A DNA stretch of 64,000 nt from Parcubacteria group bacterium. Its GTDB lineage: Bacteria; Patescibacteriota; Minisyncoccia; Phycocordibacterales; UBA2100. A program made the translations under genes and the position numbers. The notes below the pieces were generated by a model, which was given only the letters and a program-made list of their open reading frames with translations, searched no databases and was not told the DNA's origin. The stretch is taken from positions 66,380 to 130,379 of the forward strand of contig CALRGX010000001.1 of the NCBI GenBank assembly GCA_943358385.1. Direction: 5' to 3'. Shown piece by piece: positions 28,872-38,896 of this stretch (positions within the stretch are counted from its first letter, which is position 1; the number at the start of each line of letters is the position of its first letter).

Positions 28872-31703
28872 ATGGAATTTGGTACACCACAACGCCAACC
28901 ACTTACAGAACCGAGCAAGCTGCGCACTACTGAAGATGAACTGGCCTACCTGCGCGCGCGAGTAGAAGAAAAAGAGCGCGAGCTCGGCGTACTCCAGGAT
29001 TCATTCGAAAGCGAGCGTATTGTAAGGAGAGAAATAAAAGAGTATGCCGAAGCGCCTGTTGCTGAAATTTTGCACGAAACAGTGATTACTCCCGAGCATG
29101 ACGCCACCCGCGATGCGCTGCGCCTCAAGCCTGAAGAGCACGACAAACAGATAGATGGGCTGTTGCGTATTGTGGCAGAGAGAGGGATTAGGAATGCGCT
29201 CACCGTTGTGGCACGTATGGCCAACCCTCACCTCGAGGATGATTTCCACCGCTCATTAGTACGCTATGTGGGAGAAGGGTTGCCTGTGGCGAGCGCGGGC
29301 GCCATGAGTGTGTTGGAATCAGGAGAGACCTGGCGAGCGCTTCATATGGCACTCTACGAGGTGCAGCCGCAGGGGGCCATGACCCGTGAGGATGGCAAGC
29401 AGGGCATGGAGCAGCTTTTGAAGTCCACCGAGCAGCTCTACGCGGGGCTTTTGGCAATTGCGAGCGGTAGCAAGGACAGTCGTGACAATGTATTTTCCCT
29501 TGAGATAGCTGTGCCGCAAGGAGCAGAGGATGCTATTTTCTATATCGCCGTTCCAGCTAAGAAGAAAGATTTGTTCGAGCGCCATGTGCTCTCCATTCTT
29601 CCCAACACACGCCTCTCAGAATGCCGAGAGGACTACAACATATTTGCCCCTTCAGGGCATACCATGGCTGCCTATGGAAAACTGCACGAGCATCCCATTC
29701 TCCCAATTCACACCTACGAAGAATTCCAACACGATCCGATGAACGTGATTCTTTCCGCGTTTGCCAAGCTCAAAAAGCACGGCGAAGGCGCCGCTCTTCA
29801 AATCATCGTAGGGAACGAAGATGATCGCTACAGCAGCTACTACCGCAAGATTTTGAAGGAGATGCACAAAGGGAAACCGTACAAGCAGGCGCTCAAGACA
29901 CCTGAAACGGCCCTCGGCGATGCGGCAAAAGAGTTGGGGAAAGAGTTTCTGAAAGCGTTGGGGCGCAAGGATGATGAAAACAAAGAATCTAGTGCCGACA
30001 GTGAACGTTTGGAGCGCATACAAAAGAAAACGCAGAGCCGCATTGTACCGGTCAATATTCGTATACTCTCTTCTGCCGAGACACGTGAGAGAGCAGAAGA
30101 CGTCATACAAAACCTAGCATCAGCATTCAATCAATTCGAGGATCCGCATGGTAACCGCATGGAGTTTCAAGAAGTAAGTGGTGGCAAGTTGCAGGGAGAG
30201 ATTCATAATTTCGTGCTGCGTCTCCCTGAAAAATCACGTGCCCTGCCTCTCAACTTTGCCGAAATCACCTCGCTCTACCATTTGACTGCAGAGGGCATCA
30301 ACACCTCACGGGAACTTAAATCGAGCCGCAGCAAGCAAGCACCGGCCCCTGTGGGCATGCCGGAAGAGGGGATTGTGCTGGGGGTCAACCGCTATGGCGG
30401 GTCGGAAACGACGGTCCACTTCGATGATACCGACCGCATGCGCCACTTCTACCTCGTGGGACAAACGGGCACTGGTAAATCGTCCCTTTTGAAAAACATG
30501 ATTATCCAAGACATTCGCCGAGGGGTGGGGGTCTGCTATATCGATCCACATGGCTCCGACATTCAAGACATCTTGGCTGCGGTGCCGCCAGAGCGAGAAA
30601 AAGATCTCATCTACTTTGATCCAGGCAACATCGCTCGGCCAATGGGGCTGAACATGCTGGAGTACGATGTGAATAACCCAGTAGAAAAAACGTTCCTCGT
30701 GGATGAGCTATTTGGCATATTTCAAAAACTCTATGGAGGCGTGGATGGGGCAGTGGGGCCGGCATTTGAACAGTACTTCCGCAATGCAACGCTTTTGGTG
30801 ATGGAGCACCCGGAATCAGGGAACACGATGGTGGACATCACGCGCATCTTTGCGAGCGAGCCATACCGGAAATTGAAGCTCTCGCACTGCAAAAATCCTC
30901 TGGTAAAGCAGTTCTGGGAAGAAATTGCATCAAAAACTGAAGGCGAGCAGTCGCTGGCGAACTTTGCCCAGTACGTCACCAACAAATTCGATGTGTTCTT
31001 GGCAAACGAAATTATGCGGCCGATTATTGCGCAGGAGCACTCCGCCTTTGATTTCCGCGACATCATGGATAATCGCAAGATTCTTTTGGTAAGTCTTTCA
31101 AAAGGGCGCATCGGAGAAATCAACTCATCGCTGTTGGGGCTCATCATTGTGGGCAAGTTCCTCAATGCTGCATTTTCTCGTGTGGATCTGATCGGGAAAG
31201 GGGAGATGCACCCGTTCTATATGTACATCGACGAGTTCCAGAACTTCACCACGCCGTCAATTGCCACTATCTTCTCCGAAGCGCGCAAGTACAAGCTTAT
31301 TTTAAACGTGACGCATCAGTACCTGGATCAGCTCACTGATGAAATCCGCACGTCAGTGTTTGGTAACGTGGGTACGCGCTGTGTGTTCCGTGTGGGTGAG
31401 AAAGATGCGCAGTTCTTCGAGCCGATGCTGCAGCCGGAATTTGCCGCATCTGATGTCATGAACCTCGACAACTTCAACGGTATTCTCTCACTTTTGGTAA
31501 AGGGGGTACCTGTGAAGCCATTTACCGTGGCATCCCTCAAGCCTGAGGATACCGACTACTCGCGCCTGGATTTCCTCAAGCAGCAGTCCTACCAGAAGTA
31601 TGGTCGTCCTCGCGAAGATGTGGAAGCTGAAGTCCAGGCTCGCTACAACGCAAAACCCCTCCCCGTGGACACCCTTGCAAGAGACGCTTTTGGAGGGTTT
31701 TAA
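28872..31703 (+). CDS. VirD4/TraG/HerA-like P-loop ATPase
   Basis: RMRHFYLVGQTGTGKS, IDPHG, YIDEFQNF, SEARKY, GNVGT. Confidence 0.9.
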   Translation: MEFGTPQRQPLTEPSKLRTTEDELAYLRARVEEKERELGVLQDSFESERIVRREIKEYAEAPVAEILHETVITPEHDATRDALRLKPEEHDKQIDGLLRIVAERGIRNALTVVARMANPHLEDDFHRSLVRYVGEGLPVASAGAMSVLESGETWRALHMALYEVQPQGAMTREDGKQGMEQLLKSTEQLYAGLLAIASGSKDSRDNVFSLEIAVPQGAEDAIFYIAVPAKKKDLFERHVLSILPNTRLSECREDYNIFAPSGHTMAAYGKLHEHPILPIHTYEEFQHDPMNVILSAFAKLKKHGEGAALQIIVGNEDDRYSSYYRKILKEMHKGKPYKQALKTPETALGDAAKELGKEFLKALGRKDDENKESSADSERLERIQKKTQSRIVPVNIRILSSAETRERAEDVIQNLASAFNQFEDPHGNRMEFQEVSGGKLQGEIHNFVLRLPEKSRALPLNFAEITSLYHLTAEGINTSRELKSSRSKQAPAPVGMPEEGIVLGVNRYGGSETTVHFDDTDRMRHFYLVGQTGTGKSSLLKNMIIQDIRRGVGVCYIDPHGSDIQDILAAVPPEREKDLIYFDPGNIARPMGLNMLEYDVNNPVEKTFLVDELFGIFQKLYGGVDGAVGPAFEQYFRNATLLVMEHPESGNTMVDITRIFASEPYRKLKLSHCKNPLVKQFWEEIASKTEGEQSLANFAQYVTNKFDVFLANEIMRPIIAQEHSAFDFRDIMDNRKILLVSLSKGRIGEINSSLLGLIIVGKFLNAAFSRVDLIGKGEMHPFYMYIDEFQNFTTPSIATIFSEARKYKLILNVTHQYLDQLTDEIRTSVFGNVGTRCVFRVGEKDAQFFEPMLQPEFAASDVMNLDNFNGILSLLVKGVPVKPFTVASLKPEDTDYSRLDFLKQQSYQKYGRPREDVEAEVQARYNAKPLPVDTLARDAFGGF

Positions 31704-31761
31704 GTTTGTCATTTCTTAGCAAAAGCGCTATAGTTCGCCTGTTATTTTCTAACTAGTTGCC

Positions 31762-32373
31762 ATGCCTCACACACAAACCGAGCGGACGTTTGTCATTTTC
31801 AAGCCAGACGCTATCCAGCGTTCTCTCATGGGCGAGCTTATTAAGCGTTTCGAGCGCGTTGGCCTCAAGATGGTGGGTATCAAATTGGTAGACCTCAACC
31901 AGGTAGATGAAAAGAAGGTGTGGGAGCACTACAATAAAGACGACGCATGGTTCACGAAGAAAGGGACCGGACTCGCTGAGGCGTTGAAAAATGCAGGTAA
32001 GCCGATCACCAAGGAGCCAATCGACTACGGCAAAGACATCATCCGCGCCCTCATCAAGTACATGCAGGCAGGGCCAGTATTGATGATGGTATGGCAGGGT
32101 AACCAGTCGGTAGCGGTCATCAAGAAGCTCGTCGGAGAGACGGAGCCATCGACATCAGATGTCGGTACCATCCGTGGTGACTTCACCATCGATTCGTTCC
32201 CATTGGCCAACGTCGATGACCGCGCGGTGCGCAACCTCGTCCACTGTTCGGACAACCTCGATGATGCAAAGCGTGAAATTAAATTGTGGTTCGCTGATGC
32301 AGAATTGATGAACTACCGTCTCATCCCCGAGCAGATCTTTTATGACGTCAACTTGGACGGGATTTTCGAGTAA
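31762..32373 (+). CDS. ndk: nucleoside diphosphate kinase
   Basis: ERTFVIFKPDA, GTIRGDF, NLVHCSD. Confidence 0.95.
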   Translation: MPHTQTERTFVIFKPDAIQRSLMGELIKRFERVGLKMVGIKLVDLNQVDEKKVWEHYNKDDAWFTKKGTGLAEALKNAGKPITKEPIDYGKDIIRALIKYMQAGPVLMMVWQGNQSVAVIKKLVGETEPSTSDVGTIRGDFTIDSFPLANVDDRAVRNLVHCSDNLDDAKREIKLWFADAELMNYRLIPEQIFYDVNLDGIFE

Positions 32374-32383
32374 ATATCTCTAT

Positions 32384-32426
32384 GGAAAACAACACGCGGC
32401 GCCAAAGGCGCCGCGTGTTGTTTTCC
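32384..32426. terminator. 20-bp perfect hairpin terminator after ndk
   Basis: GGAAAACAACACGCGGCGCC-AAA-GGCGCCGCGTGTTGTTTTCC. Confidence 0.8.
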
Positions 32427-32470
32427 CCATAAGAGGTAGGCGGTCTCAATGCGGCCGCTACAATGGAAAC

Positions 32471-33562
32471 ATGCATACCTCCTCGTACCTCGTGCTTTTA
32501 CTGGGTCTACTTTTTATACCGATATACAGTTTTGCGCAAACACCCACCACCGTTTTTCCTCAGTGCCCCACGCTGCAGAGCAATTTTGAATTCGGCGCAC
32601 GAGATGCTGAGACACGTGGGCAGGTGTCCGCTCTGCAGCGGTATCTCGCAGAGTATTACAGGCAACCGTTCAGCGAACTGGTAACCGGATATTTTGGAAC
32701 ACGAACGCGTGATAATGTGCGCCGCTTCCAATGCGACACCTTTTCGTTGTGTTCGGGAGATGAAAGTAGTGGCTATGGTGCAGTGGGCCCTCGCACGCGT
32801 GCAGCAATTGAAAGCCGTTGTAGGATGGGTGGGGCCAATACAAGCACTGACAGGAGTCTAGAAAGCAGTACCAGCGGTACCGCCGAAGATTAGGTACCGA
32901 ATCCGCGCATTCCGTCATCAACAGTCACGAACAATACCGGTGGTAACACGACGCCAAACAGTGATGATGATTTCTCGTGCACGCTTAATGGGGTGACCGT
33001 GCGTGACGGCTCATCGACGATATTCTACAGTGCGCCATCGGTCGTTTATCCAAACACGTGCACAAACATACTTCAGGCGCGCACCTGTTCAGCGGGCGTC
33101 CTATTTGGTTCGTCTCAGTATCAATATGCATCGTGTGCAGTGAATGGGGCACCTCCACGTACGGATGGTGGGGCAAGTAGTTCAGCTACGGACAACACGT
33201 TGATGCGTTACTACGAGGCGACGCCCAGCGGCGCTTCTGCGAGCACACAACCACCTACGCTCGACAGAACGGGGAGCGTAGTGACCTGTAGTTACAACGG
33301 CACTATGTACATGGAAGGGCGGTCTATATGGGTGTCTCAATCGTGCCGCACTCTGGAAACAAGCAGTACCTCCTGCGGCTACTATATGACTTGCGGCAGA
33401 GGAGGCTGGGTAAACGGGTCATCTGCAACCGGGAATGGTTCTGCAAGCTGCACGTTCGAAAACACACCGGAAGGTTCTCTGTGCGGAGGCCAGTATCATT
33501 GTGGTTTCGGTGTAAATGGTCACACTTGGTCAACTACAGCATGTAACTTGAATATTCGGTAA
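32471..33562 (+). pseudogene. secreted peptidoglycan-binding, Cys-rich surface protein interrupted by in-frame TAG at 32891
   Basis: ORFs 32471..32893 and 32993..33562 share a frame with one TAG between; VSALQRYL..TGYFG..GAVGPRTRAAI. Confidence 0.7.
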
Positions 33563-33638
33563 GTATTGACGATATACCGACAAACGTTTTTCAGTGTGAA
33601 ATACACATGCAGCCAAAAATGAGAGGTATATACTAAAT

Positions 33639-33806
33639 GAGGGACGGGTATTGACCTGCTTACGAGTATTAGGGAGGCCTACATTGTCCTTTTCCGGCGA
33701 ATCGAGCATTCAGAACACAGACGCTGTGGATTGAATGCTCGATTCCGAAGAATCGTGACTGCGGTCACCCACCTGACTTTTCGTCAGGCTCGCTGCCCGC
33801 CCCTTC
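33639..33806 (+). ncRNA. rod-like structured RNA, 6S-like candidate
   Basis: TATACT just upstream; 5'/3' end pairing; 14-bp perfect apical stem; terminator immediately after. Confidence 0.5.
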
Positions 33807-33807
33807 G

Positions 33808-33840
33808 AAAAAGACCGCCTCTCCGGAGCGCGGTCTTTTT
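33808..33840 (+). terminator. intrinsic terminator
   Basis: AAAAAGACCGC...GCGGTCTTTTT. Confidence 0.7.
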
Positions 33841-33843
33841 CGT

Positions 33844-33887
33844 GCCCCCACACCTTTCCCTGCACAGCAGGCGAAAGGTGTGGGGGC
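33844..33887. repeat. REP-like palindrome
   Basis: GCCCCCACACCTTTC...GAAAGGTGTGGGGGC. Confidence 0.7.
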
Positions 33888-33986
33888 GTGCCCTCCTACT
33901 AGTCACAGAGAAAGGTGGGCGAGCGTGCTCAGTATTCCTAAAATACCCAAAGTGCTTGCCCGTAGTCCCATGCTAAAATCACCCTC

Positions 33987-34349
33987 ATGCCACTTCGCGC
34001 TCTGTTTACTACCCAGCTCGTGGTCGTTGCATTTTTGGGTGTGCTCCACGTAGGAGCCCTCTCCTATAGCCTGTATTGGCAGTACCCCTGGCTTGATGTG
34101 CTGTCACACTTCCTCGGTGGTCTGTGGGTCGCTCTCGCTCTCTTGTGGCTGGCATATCGTTTCGGTATCCACCCACGAGCATTTCACCTATTTTTAGGAG
34201 TGCTTGCCGTTGGTTTGGCATGGGAAGTTTTTGAAGTTGCCGCTGGTATCCCGCGAGAAAGTAATTGGCTGTTTGATACGGCGATTGACCTCATTATGGA
34301 CCTCTTTGGTGCGCTGGTAGGTATTGTGTGGGGCAAACGGTTGCTATGA
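33987..34349 (+). CDS. small membrane protein (WxDxxxH..WE..D motif family)
   Basis: about 4 TM; WLDVLSHFLGG, LAWEVFE, DTAIDL. Confidence 0.75.
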   Translation: MPLRALFTTQLVVVAFLGVLHVGALSYSLYWQYPWLDVLSHFLGGLWVALALLWLAYRFGIHPRAFHLFLGVLAVGLAWEVFEVAAGIPRESNWLFDTAIDLIMDLFGALVGIVWGKRLL

Positions 34350-35716
34350 GTATGCACACGAGCACCATCTCTTTTCGAGGAGGTACCGGCAGTGTCACGG
34401 GCGCCAACTTTCTCCTCGATACCGGTACAGACAAGATCCTGGTTGATTGTGGGCTGACTCAGGGAGAAAATTTTTGTTCAGAAGAAAATTATGGTGAATT
34501 TACCTACGTGCCGAGCGAGGTGCGGACGCTTCTCGTAACGCACGCACACATGGATCACATTGGGCGCATTCCACAATTGGTGCGCCGCGGCTTTACTGGC
34601 GAGATTTATTCCACAGAAGCGACGAAAGACTTAGCGCGCGCGATGTTCAAAGACGCGGTCGGTATCCTCGCAGGGGAGGCGCGGCTCTGCCACAAAGAGC
34701 CGCTCTATGAGGCTGAAGATGTGGAACAAGCACTTACACTGTGGAAGACTCATGAGTATGGAGAGGTATTCTCTCTTGCGGACGACGTGCAGTGCACATT
34801 TAAGGACGCAGGACATATACTCGGATCTTCGCTGGTGTTCCTAGAGCGAGCAGGGAAGCGCATCGTATTTTCAGGAGATTTGGGTAACAGCCCCGACGTG
34901 CTGTTGAAAGATACTGAATCTATTGAGGGGGCACACTACCTCGTGATGGAGAGTGTCTACGGAGATCGCGCACACGAAGGGCGCGACATGAGACGCCAAG
35001 TACTTCGCGCGGCGATAGAAGACTCGAGACAAAAAGGCGGCGTCCTCCTCATTCCATCATTTTCCCTGCAACGTACCCAAGTACTGCTCTCTGAAATAAA
35101 TGCCTTGATTGAAGATGAGGGCATGCAGCCCATACCCATATTCCTGGATTCGCCTCTTGCTATCGAGGTCTTGGATATCTACCGTCGCCACAGCGATTTG
35201 TTTAACGATGAGGCCAGGGCACGTATTGCAGGTGGTGATGATTTGTTTGACTTCCCGAAATTAAAACTGACTTGTGCCCCAGAAGATTCTGCAAGTATTG
35301 AATCCGCACCGAATCCAAAGGTGGTTATTGCGGGTTCGGGCATGTCGCATGGAGGCAGAATCCGCTCACATGAGCGCCGTTACCTAGGCGACAAAAGTGC
35401 AACGGTTTTGTTTGTCGGGTATCAAACCGTGGGGTCTCTGGGCCGTCGCATAAAAGACGGCGCTGAAAAGGTCAAAATTGATGGCGATTGGGTGAAAGTA
35501 CGTGCCCGTGTGTCTGAACTGTCGGGATACTCTGCACACAAAGACCGAGACGCACTCATTTCATTTGTGGAAACCGCGCAGGCGACGCTCAAAAAAGTAT
35601 TTGTCGTCATGGGTGAACCGAAAGCAGCACTCTTTCTTACTCAACGTCTGCGTGATTTTCTTGGAGTTGATGCAACAGCACCCGCAAAAGAGAACAGTGT
35701 AACGATTGACTGGTAA
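34346..35716 (+). CDS. MBL-fold beta-CASP ribonuclease
   Basis: THAHMDHIG, AGHILGS, SGDLG, ESVYG, YSAHKD. Confidence 0.93.
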   Translation: MSMHTSTISFRGGTGSVTGANFLLDTGTDKILVDCGLTQGENFCSEENYGEFTYVPSEVRTLLVTHAHMDHIGRIPQLVRRGFTGEIYSTEATKDLARAMFKDAVGILAGEARLCHKEPLYEAEDVEQALTLWKTHEYGEVFSLADDVQCTFKDAGHILGSSLVFLERAGKRIVFSGDLGNSPDVLLKDTESIEGAHYLVMESVYGDRAHEGRDMRRQVLRAAIEDSRQKGGVLLIPSFSLQRTQVLLSEINALIEDEGMQPIPIFLDSPLAIEVLDIYRRHSDLFNDEARARIAGGDDLFDFPKLKLTCAPEDSASIESAPNPKVVIAGSGMSHGGRIRSHERRYLGDKSATVLFVGYQTVGSLGRRIKDGAEKVKIDGDWVKVRARVSELSGYSAHKDRDALISFVETAQATLKKVFVVMGEPKAALFLTQRLRDFLGVDATAPAKENSVTIDW

Positions 35717-35738
35717 ATCTTTTGGTATACTGAGCGCA

Positions 35739-36473
35739 ATGCCTGAGGTTGATCGCATACAAAAAGAACATGATGTGCTGTACGCACAAGATCTTGCACG
35801 CAATGTAAAAGGTATTGCGAATCAGCACCCTGGTGCAAATCGTTTTGGAAAAATTAAACACGGGCATGCGCGCTACAAAATTTGTGTCTCTGGCGCTGCT
35901 GAAACAGGGCATTGTGGATTAGATGCGTACGAAAAAGGGAAGGAGATTGGCCGCGAGATTGTGCGGCAAGGCTGTATCCTCACCACTGGTGCGACAACCG
36001 GTATGCCGCAGTACGCGGCTGTTGGGTGCAAAGAAGAGGGCGGACTTTCAATCGGATTTTCTCCTGCGTCTACCGAGAAAGAACATCTCAATACCTACAA
36101 GCTGCCTTTGGATTACATGGATGTGGTGGTCTATACCGGCTTCGGCTTTCCCGGGCGCGACCTGCTCCTCACTCGCTCATCTGATGCGGTGGTCTTGGGT
36201 TGTGGGCGCGTCGGGACCATCCACGAGTTCACCATTGCGTACGAGGATAAGAAACCAGTAGGCATTCTGGAAGGTTCGTGGGAGACGGACGAAGTGCTAC
36301 ATCACCTCATTAATGCTTCGCACCGTCCTATGACGAAAGTTATTTTCGACCCAGATCCGCGGGCCCTCGTGGAGCGACTAGTAGAGATGGTGAAAAAAGA
36401 TAAAGAAGAGTACAACTTGGTGCATAAAAACTACGATGGTTGGAGTGGTACCGATGGCGATTTGATACTATAG
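35739..36473 (+). CDS. LOG/SLOG-family nucleotide-binding protein
   Basis: TGATTGMP, SIGFSP, GRVGTIHEF..KPVG. Confidence 0.8.
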   Translation: MPEVDRIQKEHDVLYAQDLARNVKGIANQHPGANRFGKIKHGHARYKICVSGAAETGHCGLDAYEKGKEIGREIVRQGCILTTGATTGMPQYAAVGCKEEGGLSIGFSPASTEKEHLNTYKLPLDYMDVVVYTGFGFPGRDLLLTRSSDAVVLGCGRVGTIHEFTIAYEDKKPVGILEGSWETDEVLHHLINASHRPMTKVIFDPDPRALVERLVEMVKKDKEEYNLVHKNYDGWSGTDGDLIL

Positions 36474-36480
36474 TGGGCAT

Positions 36481-37005
36481 ATGCCCACCCTACGAACGCA
36501 CGGACTCAAGTACCTTACCGGTATCGTCGTGGTAATTGGATTGCGCCTATTGCCCCATCCACCAAATATTGAGCCGATCACGGCGACCTTGATGCCGTTT
36601 GGGAAGCAATTTGGAATACTCGGGGGCGCTCTCTTTGGTGCCATCACCGTGCTTCTGTACGACCTTTTTACCGGAACACTCGGGATGTGGTCGCTGCTCA
36701 CCGTGAGTGGTTTCGTACTCCTCGGTGTTGCCTCCGGAATGTACTTCAAAAAAGACCGTGGCCGATTCGGATACCTACGCTTTGCTATAGTAGGTACTAT
36801 TGGATACGACGTGCTTACGGGACTTTCAGTTGGCCCGCTATTTTTTGGGCAACCGTTTATGGAGGCACTCGTCGGACAAGTTCCTTTCACCATGTATCAC
36901 TTGGCAGGGAACATACTACTTGCCTTGGTCTTGTCGCCGCTCATTGAAAAGTGGGTAGTGAAGAACCCGTCTTTGGCATTCGAGCAGGTTCCTCAAAAGG
37001 CATAA
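36481..37005 (+). CDS. ECF transporter S component-like membrane protein
   Basis: LPHPPNIEPI, multiple TMs, PF..H..GN. Confidence 0.75.
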   Translation: MPTLRTHGLKYLTGIVVVIGLRLLPHPPNIEPITATLMPFGKQFGILGGALFGAITVLLYDLFTGTLGMWSLLTVSGFVLLGVASGMYFKKDRGRFGYLRFAIVGTIGYDVLTGLSVGPLFFGQPFMEALVGQVPFTMYHLAGNILLALVLSPLIEKWVVKNPSLAFEQVPQKA

Positions 37006-37017
37006 ACTTGCTGTGCA

Positions 37018-37572
37018 GTGGGCAAGCTGATAGCCTGCCCTAAGTGCAGCAGAAAGAAGGATCTGATCGTGGAAAAAGCAGATGTTCCGCACTTCATTCA
37101 GAGGGTCGCCATTCGCGGGCCTACGTTTCAGAATCTCGCAGACATTGCCCGAACGCAGTTGCAGGCTTTTGGTGGCAAGGCAGAGATTGTGTGTGGCCCA
37201 ATATCAACCGGTGGCTATGGAAACGTGGTCGCCAACCTACTAATGTTTAACCACGCCATCGAAGTGCTTCAGGCACATGATCGCCGCGTGTGGAGTCAGG
37301 TGCCATTTGAGGCTGGTTTGGCTGAACTACACAATAAATGGATGGAGGAACATCCAACGGCAACGTACTGCTACCCAATCATGGCCGACTTCTACTGGCC
37401 GATTCTCACACCGGATTTGGTGTGCCGTGCCTGGTTCATTGACGGAGAGCGCGGCTGGGAGACCTCGACCGGCGCCAAGATGGAGTGGCAACGGCTGGGA
37501 GAGTTGGGTATCGATCGTCGCCTGTTCAAGGAAGAGTGGCACCGCACGTTTGTGCCGCCAAGCGACTTGTAA
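37018..37572 (+). CDS. hypothetical protein
   Basis: VCGPISTGG and WETSTGAKME resemble nucleoside deoxyribosyltransferase-like folds; start uncertain. Confidence 0.65.
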   Translation: MGKLIACPKCSRKKDLIVEKADVPHFIQRVAIRGPTFQNLADIARTQLQAFGGKAEIVCGPISTGGYGNVVANLLMFNHAIEVLQAHDRRVWSQVPFEAGLAELHNKWMEEHPTATYCYPIMADFYWPILTPDLVCRAWFIDGERGWETSTGAKMEWQRLGELGIDRRLFKEEWHRTFVPPSDL

Positions 37573-37596
37573 CTCCGTCCAGGGGACATGAAAGCA

Positions 37597-37623
37597 AAAA
37601 GCCGCCTCAAAGAGGCGGCTTTT
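37597..37623. terminator. bidirectional terminator
   Basis: AAAAGCCGCCTC-AAA-GAGGCGGCTTTT between convergent genes. Confidence 0.8.
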
Positions 37624-37639
37624 CACTATAAGGAGATGG

Positions 37640-37987
37640 TTACTTAACTTGCTCAACCAACCGTGCAAACATTTCTGGCTGGTCTTTCGCGAGAGTAGAA
37701 AGAACCTTACGGTCGAGCTCGATGTTCTTCTTCTTGAGTGCGTCGATAAACGTACTGTAGTTTTTAAAGCCATTAGCGCGTACTGCAGCATTGATGCGCA
37801 AGGTGAAGGTTTGGCGGGCAATGCGCTTCTTGGTGCGACGGTCGCGGAAGGCGTTTTGGCCTGCCTTTGAAATCGCTTCACGCGCGATGCGCTCTTTGGT
37901 AGAGCGGCCGAATCGGTAGCCCTTTACCATCTTGAGGACGTTTCGACGTCGTTTCAATGAAGTGGTTCCTCGTTTTACTCGTGCCAT
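37640..37987 (-). CDS. rplT: 50S ribosomal protein L20
   Basis: MARVKRG, RINAA, LDRKVLS. Confidence 0.98.
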   Translation of the reverse strand: MARVKRGTTSLKRRRNVLKMVKGYRFGRSTKERIAREAISKAGQNAFRDRRTKKRIARQTFTLRINAAVRANGFKNYSTFIDALKKKNIELDRKVLSTLAKDQPEMFARLVEQVK

Positions 37988-38016
37988 AAAAGCGGTTGAT
38001 AGTTGTTAGTAGTAGT

Positions 38017-38211
38017 TTATTTAGAAGAGGGGAGGAAACGGCTGCGATCACTCTTGGTCATGACCAAGGTTGAGGCAACTGATCGCTTCTTCGCCATAAC
38101 CTTCTTACCTGAAGCTTTCGCGTTGAAGTGGTTCTGTCCTGGGACGCGTGCAACGATTTTACCCTTCTTCGTGACGCGGAGACGCTTGGTGTATGATTTG
38201 TTGGTTTTCAT
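38017..38211 (-). CDS. rpmI: 50S ribosomal protein L35
   Basis: MKTNKSYTKR..TKKGK; between infC and rplT. Confidence 0.9.
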   Translation of the reverse strand: MKTNKSYTKRLRVTKKGKIVARVPGQNHFNAKASGKKVMAKKRSVASTLVMTKSDRSRFLPSSK

Positions 38212-38231
38212 ATTTTTGTTGATTTTCAAGG

Positions 38232-38861
38232 CTATTTTGCCTCTTTTTCGGCTTCACCAGGCATCGATGGCTCAGGGGCAAGGGGCTTTATGGGTGTGCT
38301 AGGCTTCCAGCTTTTCCCAGAGCGGTCCCGCTCGATGACCACGGCAAGTCCTTTCGGACTCTGCTTGATGTCGTCCGCGATTTTAAAGGATTCTGGGATA
38401 ATTGCAAGGAACCGCTCAAGGCGGTCCTTGAGGAAATTGAAATCCATGTATTTATAGCGCCCCCACAAAAAGAGGTCTACTTTGACGCGGTGCCCTTGCT
38501 GCAGCCATGCGGCAATCTTTCCTGCCTTGATGCGCATGTCGTTTTCACCAGTACCAATCTTTACCTGGGCTTCTTTCGTCTCTACTATGACCGCTTTAGA
38601 TTTGATCTCCTTTGATTTCTTCTTAGTTTCGTACATGTACTTACCGTAATCGGTGATACGACAGACGGGAGGTTGCGCGTTCGGCGAAATTTCGATGAGG
38701 TCGAGGCCCAGCTCCTGCGCCTGCTTAGTTGCTTCGCGAGGATTCATAACGCCAAGGTTTTCGCCCTGTGCGCCGATGACGCGCACTTCCGTTGCTCGGA
38801 TGCCTTCGTTGATACGCACGCTCTCGCGTGATTTATCTGATGAGTATTTAGTGAATCCCAT
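38232..38861 (-). CDS. infC: translation initiation factor IF-3
   Basis: RINEGIR, LDLIEI, PPVCRITDYGKY. Confidence 0.97.
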   Translation of the reverse strand: MGFTKYSSDKSRESVRINEGIRATEVRVIGAQGENLGVMNPREATKQAQELGLDLIEISPNAQPPVCRITDYGKYMYETKKKSKEIKSKAVIVETKEAQVKIGTGENDMRIKAGKIAAWLQQGHRVKVDLFLWGRYKYMDFNFLKDRLERFLAIIPESFKIADDIKQSPKGLAVVIERDRSGKSWKPSTPIKPLAPEPSMPGEAEKEAK

Positions 38862-38896
38862 GGAGACAGTATTGTACCACAGAGAAGAGGGAATCG

